DNA from: a candidate division TM6 bacterium GW2011_GWF2_28_16 | GTDB lineage: Bacteria; Patescibacteriota; Microgenomatia; UBA1400; PJMF01 | Direction of reading: 5' to 3' | Length of the DNA stretch: 64,000 nucleotides | Assembly (NCBI GenBank): GCA_001029715.1 | Contig: CP011212.1 | Span: forward strand, 398,936-462,935 | Shown: piece by piece, positions 7,398 through 16,767 of the stretch | Position numbering within the stretch: position 1 is the stretch's first letter | Layout of the letters: the number at the start of each line of letters is the position of its first letter | Made by a program: the position numbers and the translations under genes | Notes under the pieces: generated by a model | What the model was told of the DNA's origin: nothing | What the model saw: the letters and a program-made list of their open reading frames with translations, nothing else | Database searches by the model: none

Positions 7398-8834
7398 ATG
7401 ACTCAAGTTCGTACCAGAATGGCCCCTAGTCCTACCGGAGAAATGCATGTCGGTAGTATGGCTACTTTACTTAAAAACTACGCTTTTGCTAAAAAGTATG
7501 GTGGACAATTTATTTTACGCATTGAAGATACTGACAAGGTAAGAGAGGTTGAGGGCGGTGTAGCTGCTATTCAAGAAATTATTCACAGATATGGTTTAGA
7601 TTGGGATGAAGGTCCAGGTAAAGGTGGCGAATTTGGTCCTTATATTCAGTCAGAGAGATTGGGTATCTATAAAGAAAAAGTACAAGATTTGTTAGAGAAA
7701 GATAAAGCTTACTACTGTTTTTGTTCTAAAGAACGTTTAGCGAGTGTTAAAGAAGAGCAGATGGCTAATAAACAGGCGCCTCATTACGATCGCCATTGCA
7801 GAAGTCTTTCCAAAGAAGATGCTCAAAAAAGAGTGGCGGCTGGCGAAGAGTACGTGATTCGTTTGAAAGTTCCTGAAGATCAGGAAATTAGTTTTACTGA
7901 CTTATTGCGTGGCGAGATCACTTTCAATTCAAATTTAATTGACGACCAAGTTTTGTTGAAGTCAGATGGTTATCCAACCTATCACTTGGCAGTGGTAATT
8001 GATGATAATTTAATGAAAATTAGCCATATTATGCGCGGTGAAGAATGGATTAGTTCTACCCCAAAGCACGTTTTGCTTTATCAAGCTTTTGGTTGGAGCG
8101 TCCCTGTTTTTGCTCATATTCCATTGTTTTTAAACCCTGATGGTAAAGGCAAAATGAGCAAACGCAAGGGTACAGTTTCTGCAGCTTCTTTTTTGGAGAA
8201 AGGTTATCTCCCAGAAGCAATGTTGAACTTTTTTATGATTCTCGGTTGGGCTAAAAAAGATCAAGAAGAAATTATTAGTCTCGATGAATATATTCAAGAA
8301 TTTGAGCCAAGTGATTTAAGCAGTAATAGTGTTGCTTTTGATCTTAAAAAATTAGATTGGCTCAATGGAGTCTATATTCGTAAATTAAGTTTTGGACAAC
8401 TTAAAGAAAAGATCAAGCCTTTTATAGCTCGAGAATTCCCTGCAGAGAAAATTGATCAAGTTTTACCCTTAATTCAAGAGCGTTTGGTGACTTTGGCAGA
8501 TTTTAATCAGCTAACTAAGTTTTTCTATTCTAAAATTAATTATGAAGCAGATTTGTTGCTTAAAAAGGCTGATTCAAAAGAATTAGTTGTAGAAGAGCTA
8601 AAACAGACGATTGAACTTTTAGAATCTTTATCAATTTGGTCGCTTCACAATTTAGAAGAAGGAATCAGAGGATTGCAAGAAAAAAAAGATTGGCATAGAG
8701 GTCAATTTTTCATGATGTTACGTATTGCTGTAACTGGTGAGAAAGCTACTCCGCCTCTTTTTGAAACAATGATGGTAATAGGTAAAGAATTAGTTATCTT
8801 TCGCTTGAAAGAAGCAATTAATAAGTTAGCTTAA
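7398..8834 (+). CDS. gltX: Glutamyl-tRNA synthetase
   Basis: RMAPSPTGEMHVGS (HIGH region), KMSKRKG (KMSKS loop) and the GYPTYHLAVVIDD block. Confidence 0.93.
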   Translation: MTQVRTRMAPSPTGEMHVGSMATLLKNYAFAKKYGGQFILRIEDTDKVREVEGGVAAIQEIIHRYGLDWDEGPGKGGEFGPYIQSERLGIYKEKVQDLLEKDKAYYCFCSKERLASVKEEQMANKQAPHYDRHCRSLSKEDAQKRVAAGEEYVIRLKVPEDQEISFTDLLRGEITFNSNLIDDQVLLKSDGYPTYHLAVVIDDNLMKISHIMRGEEWISSTPKHVLLYQAFGWSVPVFAHIPLFLNPDGKGKMSKRKGTVSAASFLEKGYLPEAMLNFFMILGWAKKDQEEIISLDEYIQEFEPSDLSSNSVAFDLKKLDWLNGVYIRKLSFGQLKEKIKPFIAREFPAEKIDQVLPLIQERLVTLADFNQLTKFFYSKINYEADLLLKKADSKELVVEELKQTIELLESLSIWSLHNLEEGIRGLQEKKDWHRGQFFMMLRIAVTGEKATPPLFETMMVIGKELVIFRLKEAINKLA

Positions 8835-8838
8835 AGAT

Positions 8839-9651
8839 ATGACTGCCCAAACCAAATCACAGCAAATTCTAGCAAGCTTAGCTATGGCAGGACAGGTTGC
8901 TATGACCAGTCCTGTGCTTAGTGCCAATCAGGACAATCAAGTTTTAGACGAAAAATCTCGTCAAGTAGCTTTAGACATCTCAAAGCAGGAGCATCAAGAA
9001 ATTATTGCCAAACTGAGTTCTTATGTTAATTCTCCAGCTGGTCATTTAGAAAGAGAAACAGAACTTTATCTAGAACAGCAACTCTCAGAAATTTTAGGTT
9101 TTAAGGTAAGAACGGAACTCGATGGCAAAAGACTTAATCATAGCATTGGAATTATGGGTTCAGAACAACACTTATTGCGTTTTCCAGGTGATGAGCTTAA
9201 AGATCATGATGCTTATACTGAAGCGGGAATTGCTCCAAACAGAGGAGCTTTTGGTTGGTTTACAGACAATGGTCAGCTGACCGAAGAATCCATCCAAAGA
9301 GAAAAATATTATTTTGTAGCTCAATTAATGTACATGGAAGATTGGAGCGAAAATTATCAGGAATTAAAGCCGTGGTATAAATTTCGCAAAATGATCGTGA
9401 TTAATCCAGCCGAGCAGATTGCAGTAGTAGGAGTGGTGGCAGATGCTGGTCCAGCCATGTGGGTGAAGAAGCAATTCGGTGGTTCTCCAGAGGTAATTCG
9501 TGAAGGTAAAATTTGGAGCCCCAATAGCAAGGGTAAAGTTATGTTGCTTTTTGTTGATGATGAAGAAAATAAAATTCCCCTTGGTCCAATTTCTTTGGAT
9601 TTCGCTACTGCCTTGGCTCATAATAAGGAAATTTCTCAAAAAACCATATGA
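8839..9651 (+). CDS. Hypothetical protein (270 aa)
   Basis: Track ORF packed tightly between gltX and ybeY (its 3' end overlaps the ybeY start). No motif confidently recognised. Confidence 0.55.
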   Translation: MTAQTKSQQILASLAMAGQVAMTSPVLSANQDNQVLDEKSRQVALDISKQEHQEIIAKLSSYVNSPAGHLERETELYLEQQLSEILGFKVRTELDGKRLNHSIGIMGSEQHLLRFPGDELKDHDAYTEAGIAPNRGAFGWFTDNGQLTEESIQREKYYFVAQLMYMEDWSENYQELKPWYKFRKMIVINPAEQIAVVGVVADAGPAMWVKKQFGGSPEVIREGKIWSPNSKGKVMLLFVDDEENKIPLGPISLDFATALAHNKEISQKTI

Positions 9652-10043
9652 TTAAAGTAAATCTTTTTGTTGGTTCTCGCTATCCTGTTAATCGACATAA
9701 AATTAAAGAAACTGTAGAAAAAATTTTGATTGAGCACAACATAAGCAGTGCTCAAGTTGACGTTTCAATTGTAGGAGCCAGAAAAATTACTACTTTAAAT
9801 GAGAAATACTTAAAACATCAGGGTCCAACAGATGTTTTATCTTTTCCACAACACGATAAAGGACAATTGGAAGACGTTCCCATGCCAGAAGGAGAAGTAG
9901 TTCATTTGGGAGATATAGTAATTAGTTTTCCAGAAGCAGTCAGAATGGCCAAAAGATTTGGTAAGATGGTTGACCAGCAAATTTGTTTTTATTTAGAACA
10001 CGCCTTATTACACCTGCTCGGTTACCATCATGACGATCATTAG
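9648..10043 (+). CDS. ybeY: rRNA maturation endoribonuclease YbeY
   Basis: 131 aa with C-terminal metal site HALLHLLGYHH (H-x3-H-x5-H) and the expected size. Confidence 0.85.
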   Translation: MIKVNLFVGSRYPVNRHKIKETVEKILIEHNISSAQVDVSIVGARKITTLNEKYLKHQGPTDVLSFPQHDKGQLEDVPMPEGEVVHLGDIVISFPEAVRMAKRFGKMVDQQICFYLEHALLHLLGYHHDDH

Positions 10044-10083
10044 AAGTTGATTCAAATTTATTAATTTATGTTAGACTCTAACT

Positions 10084-11604
10084 ATGGCTTGGTATCGTTC
10101 TTATCGTCCTAAAAAAATTCAAGATCTAAACATTAGCTCTGTTAGAGAATCTCTAGAGAGAATGATGGCGGCTGGGAAAATTCCTCAATCTTTGTTATTT
10201 GCCGGCCCAAAGGGCACGGGTAAAACTTCTGCCTCACGTATTTTAGGTGCCATGCTCAATGATCCAGCCAATGCTGATTTAGTTGATTATCTTTTTTTCA
10301 AAAAAGTTGCTCCTAAAAAGTTGGCTTTTGTAGAGCCAAATGAAGAAAGTGAGTTTGCTAAAAGAGTTTATGATGGACACTCTTTTGTTGTTCAGGAATT
10401 AGATGCAGCTTCTAATCGTCGTATTGATGATATTCGTTTGCTTAGAGAAAGAATCAATTTGCCTCCTAGTGATGGCAAAATGATGGTTTATATCTTAGAC
10501 GAAGTTCACATGTTAACCAATGAAGCTTTTAATGCTTTGTTGAAAATTCTTGAGGAACCACCAGCTCACGTGGTTTTTATTCTAGCCACTACAGAATTAC
10601 ATAAAATCCCAGCAACAATTGTTTCTCGTTGCAGTCTAATTAATTTCAGAAAAGCTAGCGGTAAAGAGCTAAAAGAGGCTTTAGAGCGAGTTCTGAAAGC
10701 AGAAAAAATAAAATTTGCTGATGAGGATCTAGAGAAAATCTCTCTCAGAGCTGATGGTAGTTTTAGAGATGGAGTTAAAATTTTAGAGATGGCTTGTAAA
10801 GATGGTAAATTAGATTTAGAAAGTATCAAAGATCTTCTTGCTAGTGATAATGAGTCTCACATTAAAAATTTACTTGAAGCAGTTGTGCAAAAAGATGAGC
10901 AGGAGTTGTTAAAAATTTTTGGGGAATTACGCGATAATAATTGCAACCAACGAGATTTTTACAAAGATCTTTTTGAGTTTTTACATAAAGATTTATTAAT
11001 GAATTTAGGAGTTATTGATGGAGTAGCTCATTATTCTATTAAAATTGATCAATTTTTTCTTAAGGAAGTTTTATCTCTCGATCTAAATCAAGATACACCC
11101 ATTCCTTTCTTAGTTTTAGAATTAAAACTCTTAGACATTATTGAGCGTTCTAAGAAAAATACTCCAAATTTGCCACCTAAAAATCCACCAACTAATTCAG
11201 GCTCAGAAAAAAAAACTGAAAAAATTGAGTTGAAAACCAAAGAGAACAAAAAAGAACCAGCAGACTCCAAAAAAAAAATTCAAAAAACTGATCTAGTTGG
11301 GCAAGATCTTTGGCAAAAATTAATAGAAACCTTTTCTGCAGATAATTTTTCTTTACTCACCCTTCTTAAATCTTGTAAGCTAGACACTATAAGCGAAGAG
11401 CTAGCTAGAATCTTTGTTTATTATCCTTTTCATAAAGAACAACTGGAGCAAATTAAAAATAAAGAATTGTTAAATAAAGCTGCTAGAGAAGTCCTAGGAC
11501 TCGATATGCAGTTTGACTTTGTTTTGCAAAATGAAACAGTGGTAGCCAGCAATCAGATTCAGGATTCAGAATTAATGCTTGCAGCTAAGGATTCTTTGTT
11601 ATAA
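10084..11604 (+). CDS. dnaX: DNA polymerase III subunit gamma/tau
   Basis: YRPKK..DL, P-loop GPKGTGKTSASRIL, clamp-loader boxes LDEVHMLT and SRC (IVSRCSL). A Lys-rich linker carries A9 and A10 tracts. Confidence 0.92.
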   Translation: MAWYRSYRPKKIQDLNISSVRESLERMMAAGKIPQSLLFAGPKGTGKTSASRILGAMLNDPANADLVDYLFFKKVAPKKLAFVEPNEESEFAKRVYDGHSFVVQELDAASNRRIDDIRLLRERINLPPSDGKMMVYILDEVHMLTNEAFNALLKILEEPPAHVVFILATTELHKIPATIVSRCSLINFRKASGKELKEALERVLKAEKIKFADEDLEKISLRADGSFRDGVKILEMACKDGKLDLESIKDLLASDNESHIKNLLEAVVQKDEQELLKIFGELRDNNCNQRDFYKDLFEFLHKDLLMNLGVIDGVAHYSIKIDQFFLKEVLSLDLNQDTPIPFLVLELKLLDIIERSKKNTPNLPPKNPPTNSGSEKKTEKIELKTKENKKEPADSKKKIQKTDLVGQDLWQKLIETFSADNFSLLTLLKSCKLDTISEELARIFVYYPFHKEQLEQIKNKELLNKAAREVLGLDMQFDFVLQNETVVASNQIQDSELMLAAKDSLL

Positions 11605-11740
11605 TCAGGGTTAGTTTTGAGTGCTAACTTTATAAATTAAAAAAGAAAGGAATAATTTAATTTTTGATGCATTACATTACCCGAGTAAACGTCTTTACTC
11701 GAGAGATGCTGAGGAAAAAATTATATTATTACGTAATAGT

Positions 11741-12022
11741 ATGGCAGGAAATTTCATGAACCAATTGGGAGATTTAAATAAATTGCGTAAGCAAGCTAAG
11801 CAAATGCAGCAAGAATTGGCAGCTGAAGAGATCACTGTTGAGCGTGGTGACATCGTAGTTAAAATTACTGGGGGTCAGGAAGTCAAAGACATCTCTGTCC
11901 AAGGTATTCATAGCGATGAATTAGTCAAAACTTTAAATGAAGCAATTAAAAAATCTCAAGAGGTAGCAGCCAAGAAACTTCAAAGTATGACGGGTGGTTT
12001 AGGCTCTCTGATGGGCAAATAA
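11741..12022 (+). CDS. ybaB: Nucleoid-associated protein YbaB/EbfC
   Basis: About 90 aa with LNKLRKQAKQMQQELAAEEITVERGDIVVKITGGQEVKDISV, the YbaB signature. It sits directly after dnaX as in many bacteria. An alternative start is at 11756. Confidence 0.85.
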   Translation: MAGNFMNQLGDLNKLRKQAKQMQQELAAEEITVERGDIVVKITGGQEVKDISVQGIHSDELVKTLNEAIKKSQEVAAKKLQSMTGGLGSLMGK

Positions 12023-12031
12023 GTTTCAGTG

Positions 12032-12667
12032 ATGAATATATTTATTGCTAGTGCTAATGACGGCAAAATTAAAGAAATTAAAGCAATTCTTGCTAATAAT
12101 TCTCTCAATTTACTCAGTATTTTAGATACAGAGCAATTAAATAGGTTGGGCTTATCAATCGATCAAGATTTTGATGTTATTGAAGACGGTAAAACTTTCC
12201 AGGATAACGCTCTTCTTAAGGCTAAAGCCTATGCTGATCTAACCAAGATGCCTGTTATTGCTGATGATTCTGGTTTAGAGGTAGAGGTTTTGGATGGATT
12301 TCCTTCAGTTAACTCCAATCGTTGGTTTGATGGTACAGTCGGTGAAAGAAACCTAGCTTTATTAGATTTACTTAAAGATAAAAAGAATCGCCAAGCCAGA
12401 TTTTATAGCGTAATTTGTTATTTTGATCCGGCTAATAACGAAGCAAATTTTTTTGATGGAGAAATTAAAGGGCAAATAGCTCTTGAGCCAAAAGGTAGTA
12501 AGATTGAAGGTTTTGGTTACGATCCGATCTTTATTCCAGAAGGTTTTGACAAAAGTTTTGCAGAACTAGGCGCAGAGTTTAAAAACACCATTTCTCATCG
12601 CAGAAAAGCTTTGGCTAAGCTAAACCGATATGTTCTTCAAGATAAACATCTTGAACAGCCTGAATAA
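12032..12667 (+). CDS. rdgB: dITP/XTP pyrophosphatase (RdgB/HAM1 family)
   Basis: MNIFIASANDGKIKEI, DDSGLEVEVLDGFPSV, FGYDPIFIP and KNTISHRRKA match the family. ATG 12032 is preferred over the adjacent GTG 12029. Confidence 0.85.
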   Translation: MNIFIASANDGKIKEIKAILANNSLNLLSILDTEQLNRLGLSIDQDFDVIEDGKTFQDNALLKAKAYADLTKMPVIADDSGLEVEVLDGFPSVNSNRWFDGTVGERNLALLDLLKDKKNRQARFYSVICYFDPANNEANFFDGEIKGQIALEPKGSKIEGFGYDPIFIPEGFDKSFAELGAEFKNTISHRRKALAKLNRYVLQDKHLEQPE

Positions 12668-13685
12668 TCTTGATGCCTTCTTCCATTGGTCTTTTAAAAG
12701 CTTTGCGACCCATGATTAATCCAGCTCCACCAGCTCTTTTATTAATCACGGCCGTTTTGACAGCTGCTTTAAGGTCTTTTTCTAAATCTCCATCTTCGCT
12801 ACTTTCACCACCTGAATTAATCAAACTAATTTTACCGGCATAGCAGTTCATAACTTGTAAGCGTACCATGTCGATTGGATTTTCTGTGCTTAGAGCCTCA
12901 TACATTTCTTTGCTTTGTTTACCAAATTTAAATTTGCGAAAACCACCGTCAATATCTGGCATTTTTTGTTTAATGATATCTGCTTCAATAGTTACTCCAA
13001 GACGATTAGCATAAGAAGTGATATCAGCAGCATTTTCGTAATTGCCATCTTTATCTTCCCAAGCTGAATTTCGAGGGTAGCACCAAAGTATAGTAGCTAA
13101 ACCTAATTGATGAGCTTCATAGAAAGCTTTGGAAATTTCTACTATTTGGCGATTGGATTCCTTAGAACCAAAATATATGGTCGCTCCAATCGCCACAGCT
13201 CCCATGTCATAAGCCTGTTTAACTTGGGCAAATAAGACTTGATCCCATTTATTTGGATAAGTTAAGAGTTCATTGTGGTTAATTTTGACGATGAAAGGAA
13301 TTTTGTCAGCATATTTTTTACTGACTAGCCCTAAAGCTCCTAAAGTAGAAGCAACGCCATTACATTCGGCTTCCATGGCAAGTTTAACTACGTTCTCTGG
13401 ATCAAAATAAATAGGGTTTTTATAAAAAGAATAAGAAGCATTGTGCTCAATATCTTGATCAACCGGTAGAATAGATAAATATCCTGTATTAGTTAGACGA
13501 CCATGTCCATAAAGTCGCTCAAGATTGCGAATTACTTTTTCATTACGATCGGAATTAGCAAAAACGTTTTGTACATGATTACTTTTAGGGAATTCAATTA
13601 ATTCCTTTGGCAATAATTGGCACTGATGAGCCATAAGATAGCGTGCTTCACTACCAAGTAAATCAATTATATCTTGATAAATCAT
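12615..13685 (-). CDS. fbaB: Class I fructose-bisphosphate aldolase, DhnA/FbaB type
   Basis: Near end-to-end similarity to remembered E. coli FbaB, including TGYLSILPVDQ, IPFIVKINHNE, GAVAIGATIYFGS, ADIIKQKM, ENPIDMVR, LINSGG, AVINKRAGG and AVQDVYL. Confidence 0.9.
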   Translation of the reverse strand: MIYQDIIDLLGSEARYLMAHQCQLLPKELIEFPKSNHVQNVFANSDRNEKVIRNLERLYGHGRLTNTGYLSILPVDQDIEHNASYSFYKNPIYFDPENVVKLAMEAECNGVASTLGALGLVSKKYADKIPFIVKINHNELLTYPNKWDQVLFAQVKQAYDMGAVAIGATIYFGSKESNRQIVEISKAFYEAHQLGLATILWCYPRNSAWEDKDGNYENAADITSYANRLGVTIEADIIKQKMPDIDGGFRKFKFGKQSKEMYEALSTENPIDMVRLQVMNCYAGKISLINSGGESSEDGDLEKDLKAAVKTAVINKRAGGAGLIMGRKAFKRPMEEGIKIIQAVQDVYLEEHIGLA

Positions 13686-14203
13686 TTTTTCTTAGCTTTA
13701 CTTTTATTTTTGCTAATTATTTTAGCCACAGCATATTCAGATTTTACTTCATAAAGAACATAGAAGCTTATTAAGAGACTAAACAATAAGCCAAAGAGTC
13801 CGTTTCTAAAGAAGATGACACTAACTAAGTTCATAACCAACTCTAAGATGCTTAGGCAGAATAGAATGTACCAACCTTCAATCTTTCTATTCATAAGTGG
13901 TTTGTAGGCCATCAAAGAAATTGCGCCAGCTAAAATTTGAAGTAGACCTGTTATATAAAAATAAACAGAAGGAACAGTTCTCCACAAATTAAATATACGG
14001 TGAAAATCTTCTGCGCCAAAAATACTACGCAAACCGCCAGTAATCATAAATAAACCGGAAACAAGAACTAGATATGGAGCAATTTTTACTAAAATCTCCG
14101 TGGCTTTTTTAGGTAAATGGGGTACGCCACTGAAGACTTTTTCTAGCTCTCTGTCAAGCTTTTTAACTAATGGATGGGAGAAAAGAGATAAAATTTTCTG
14201 CAT
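13682..14203 (-). CDS. Hypothetical 4-5 TM membrane protein (173 aa)
   Basis: Track ORF that is hydrophobic throughout. Its 3' end overlaps the fbaB start by 4 nt (13682-13685). Confidence 0.5.
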   Translation of the reverse strand: MQKILSLFSHPLVKKLDRELEKVFSGVPHLPKKATEILVKIAPYLVLVSGLFMITGGLRSIFGAEDFHRIFNLWRTVPSVYFYITGLLQILAGAISLMAYKPLMNRKIEGWYILFCLSILELVMNLVSVIFFRNGLFGLLFSLLISFYVLYEVKSEYAVAKIISKNKSKAKKK

Positions 14204-14240
14204 GATTTCATATTAGCATAAATGTTAAGATGAATGCACG

Positions 14241-16760
14241 ATGAAAGAATCATTTCACAGCCTATCTATCAAAGAAAGCTTAGAAGCTCTAAATACTAAT
14301 CAAGAAGGATTAAGTGAAAATGAAGCTCTTTCCAGATTGGAAAAATATGGCAAGAATCGTCTTAAACAAACGAGCCAGTTTTTGGTTTTCAAAATCATTG
14401 CCAATCAATTTAAAAGTTTGCTGATTTTTATTTTAATTGCAGCAATGATTCTATCTATTCTCTTAAAAGAGAATATTGATGCTTTGGCGATTTTTGTAGT
14501 AATAATTCTAAATGCGATCCTTGGTTTTGTTGAAGAATACAAAGCTGAAAAATCTATTAATGAACTAAGGAAAATGGAGACTTTGAAGGCAGTGGTTTTG
14601 CGTGATGGTGTTGAGAAATATATTAATGCAGACTTTTTGGTTAAAGGTGATGTGATTCTCTTAGGTGAGGGTGAAAAAATTCCAGCAGATTGTAGAATTT
14701 TGGAAAATTTGTCTTTGGAAACAGATGAGTCAATGTTAACTGGAGAGTCAATGCCAGTGCTCAAAGTTTCTAATAAGTTATCTGAGAATCTTAGCATTCA
14801 AGATAGAAAAAACATTCTTTATTCTTCCTGTCTAATTACTAAAGGTAAAGCTAAAGCAGTGGTAATTGAAACAGGGATGAATACACAAATAGGTCAAATT
14901 GCCACACAAATTCAGGATGTGAAGGAAGAGCTAACTCCTCTACAAAAAACCCTTGATGAATTAGGTAAAAAAATTGCTATTTTAGCTATTCTTTTATCCA
15001 TTCCTGTTTTATTAATAGTTTGGTTTAAAGGTGGAGATCTTTTTGAAACTTTAATGATGGGTGTTTCTTTAGCAGTCTCCAGTATTCCTGAGGGTTTGCC
15101 AATTGTAGTTACAGTAGCTTTAGCGCTAGGTGTTAAAAGAATGGCCAAATCAAATGTTTTAACTAAAAAACTGCCTGCCGTTGAATCTTTGGGGGGAATT
15201 GACGTTATTTGTTCTGACAAAACTGGCACAATCACTAAAAATCAAATGGAAGTAATTGATCTTTTCATGTTAGATTTTTCAGCTAGCGATATTGCTCTCG
15301 AAGCAGTTTTATGTAGTGATGCTAAGGCTGACCACGGGGATCCGACGGAGCGGGCTTTGCTTAACTTTTTGAAGAAATATCAAGATCAAAATGAAAGTCT
15401 TGAAACTTATAAAAGAATCGCTGAAGTACCTTTTTCTAGTGAATATAAATATATGGCAGTAGCAGTAGAGAGTGATAGTAAAAGTAAAGAAATAATTAAA
15501 GGCGCACCAGAAATTGTTTTGGAGTTTTGCAATCTCAGCGATGAAGATAAAGAAAAAATTTTAAAAGCTAATGAAGACTTTACTAAAAATGGCTTGAGAG
15601 TTTTAGCTGTGGTTTCAAAATCAGTTACTAAGCAAAAGAATTTGTTTTCTTTAGAGAACTATAATTTTTCTGGTCTTTTAGCACTCCAAGATCCTCCAAG
15701 AGAACAAGTGGCAGCTTCGATTATGAAATGTCAGAAAGCAGGGGTGAGGGTCATTATGATTACAGGAGATCATAAAAATACAGCTATAACCGTGGCAAAG
15801 GAAGTTGGAATAAATGCAGAAATAGCCTACACAGGTTTAGAGCTAGACAAATTAAATCGTCGAGAGTTAATTGAGGTGCTTAAAAAATGTTCTGTTTTTG
15901 CTAGAGTCTCTCCACAAAACAAAGTACAAATTTTAGAAGCTCTACAAGGCCAGGGATTGCAGGTAGCAATGACTGGAGATGGGGTTAATGATGCTCCAGC
16001 TCTTAAAAAAGCCGATGTGGGCATTGCTGTTGGTTCAGGAACTGCTTTAAGTAAGGATGTGGCTGATGTAATTTTACTTAGTGATGATTTTACTAATATT
16101 GTAGATGGCATCGAAGAGGGACGTCATATTTTCTTTAATATCAAGAAATTTGTTAGGTTCTTACTTAGCGCAAACTTTGATGAAATTCTCTGCGTAGGAG
16201 CCTCAATCTTTATGGGTCTTCCATTGCCATTTATCCCAATTCAGATTCTTTGGCTCAATTTAGTAACTGATTCTTTTCCAGCTTTAGCTTTAAGTAATGA
16301 TGTGGGAGATCCATCTTTGATGGATAAAAAGCCTTATGTGGCTAGAAAAGAAGTTCTTCGTGGAGTAATTTCTTATGCATCCATAGCTGGATTTTTTGGC
16401 TTTTTAATTACCTTCTCTACATTCCTATACATGATTTATTTCAGAGAGAGTGGTGAGGTTTATGCTCGCACAATGAGTTTTTCAGCTATGGTTTTCTTTG
16501 AGCTATTTTTAGTTTTTTCTATTAGATCAGAATTGAGTGCTTTTAAGATGGGTATTTTTTCTAATAAATTTTTAATTGTTTCAGTTTTACTGTCTTTTGT
16601 TCTGCAGTTTTTAGCTATTTATAACCCCCTTTTCCAGGGTTTTCTAGGAACCATGAGCATCAGTACAACAGATCTTTTATGGCTCCTAGCTTGGTCCAGT
16701 TTTGGTTTTATTTTTATGGAAATATACAAGAAAATAAAAGTTATTTATTCCAAAAGATAA
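14241..16760 (+). CDS. P-type cation-transporting ATPase (type II, Ca2+-ATPase-like)
   Basis: TGES actuator motif, phosphorylation site DKTGTIT, MITGDH, hinge TGDGVNDAPALKKADVG, and 10 predicted TM segments. Confidence 0.9.
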   Translation: MKESFHSLSIKESLEALNTNQEGLSENEALSRLEKYGKNRLKQTSQFLVFKIIANQFKSLLIFILIAAMILSILLKENIDALAIFVVIILNAILGFVEEYKAEKSINELRKMETLKAVVLRDGVEKYINADFLVKGDVILLGEGEKIPADCRILENLSLETDESMLTGESMPVLKVSNKLSENLSIQDRKNILYSSCLITKGKAKAVVIETGMNTQIGQIATQIQDVKEELTPLQKTLDELGKKIAILAILLSIPVLLIVWFKGGDLFETLMMGVSLAVSSIPEGLPIVVTVALALGVKRMAKSNVLTKKLPAVESLGGIDVICSDKTGTITKNQMEVIDLFMLDFSASDIALEAVLCSDAKADHGDPTERALLNFLKKYQDQNESLETYKRIAEVPFSSEYKYMAVAVESDSKSKEIIKGAPEIVLEFCNLSDEDKEKILKANEDFTKNGLRVLAVVSKSVTKQKNLFSLENYNFSGLLALQDPPREQVAASIMKCQKAGVRVIMITGDHKNTAITVAKEVGINAEIAYTGLELDKLNRRELIEVLKKCSVFARVSPQNKVQILEALQGQGLQVAMTGDGVNDAPALKKADVGIAVGSGTALSKDVADVILLSDDFTNIVDGIEEGRHIFFNIKKFVRFLLSANFDEILCVGASIFMGLPLPFIPIQILWLNLVTDSFPALALSNDVGDPSLMDKKPYVARKEVLRGVISYASIAGFFGFLITFSTFLYMIYFRESGEVYARTMSFSAMVFFELFLVFSIRSELSAFKMGIFSNKFLIVSVLLSFVLQFLAIYNPLFQGFLGTMSISTTDLLWLLAWSSFGFIFMEIYKKIKVIYSKR

Positions 16761-16767
16761 TCGAGCT

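Noticed and set aside
11605-11740. SRP RNA or other ncRNA in the dnaX-ybaB spacer
   Set aside because: Only two short hairpins are present (GTTAG/CTAAC and CGAGTAAA/TTTACTCG), plus a 12-nt palindrome TATTACGTAATA at 11727-11738. No SRP helix-8 motifs occur, and the spacer is too short and featureless to call.
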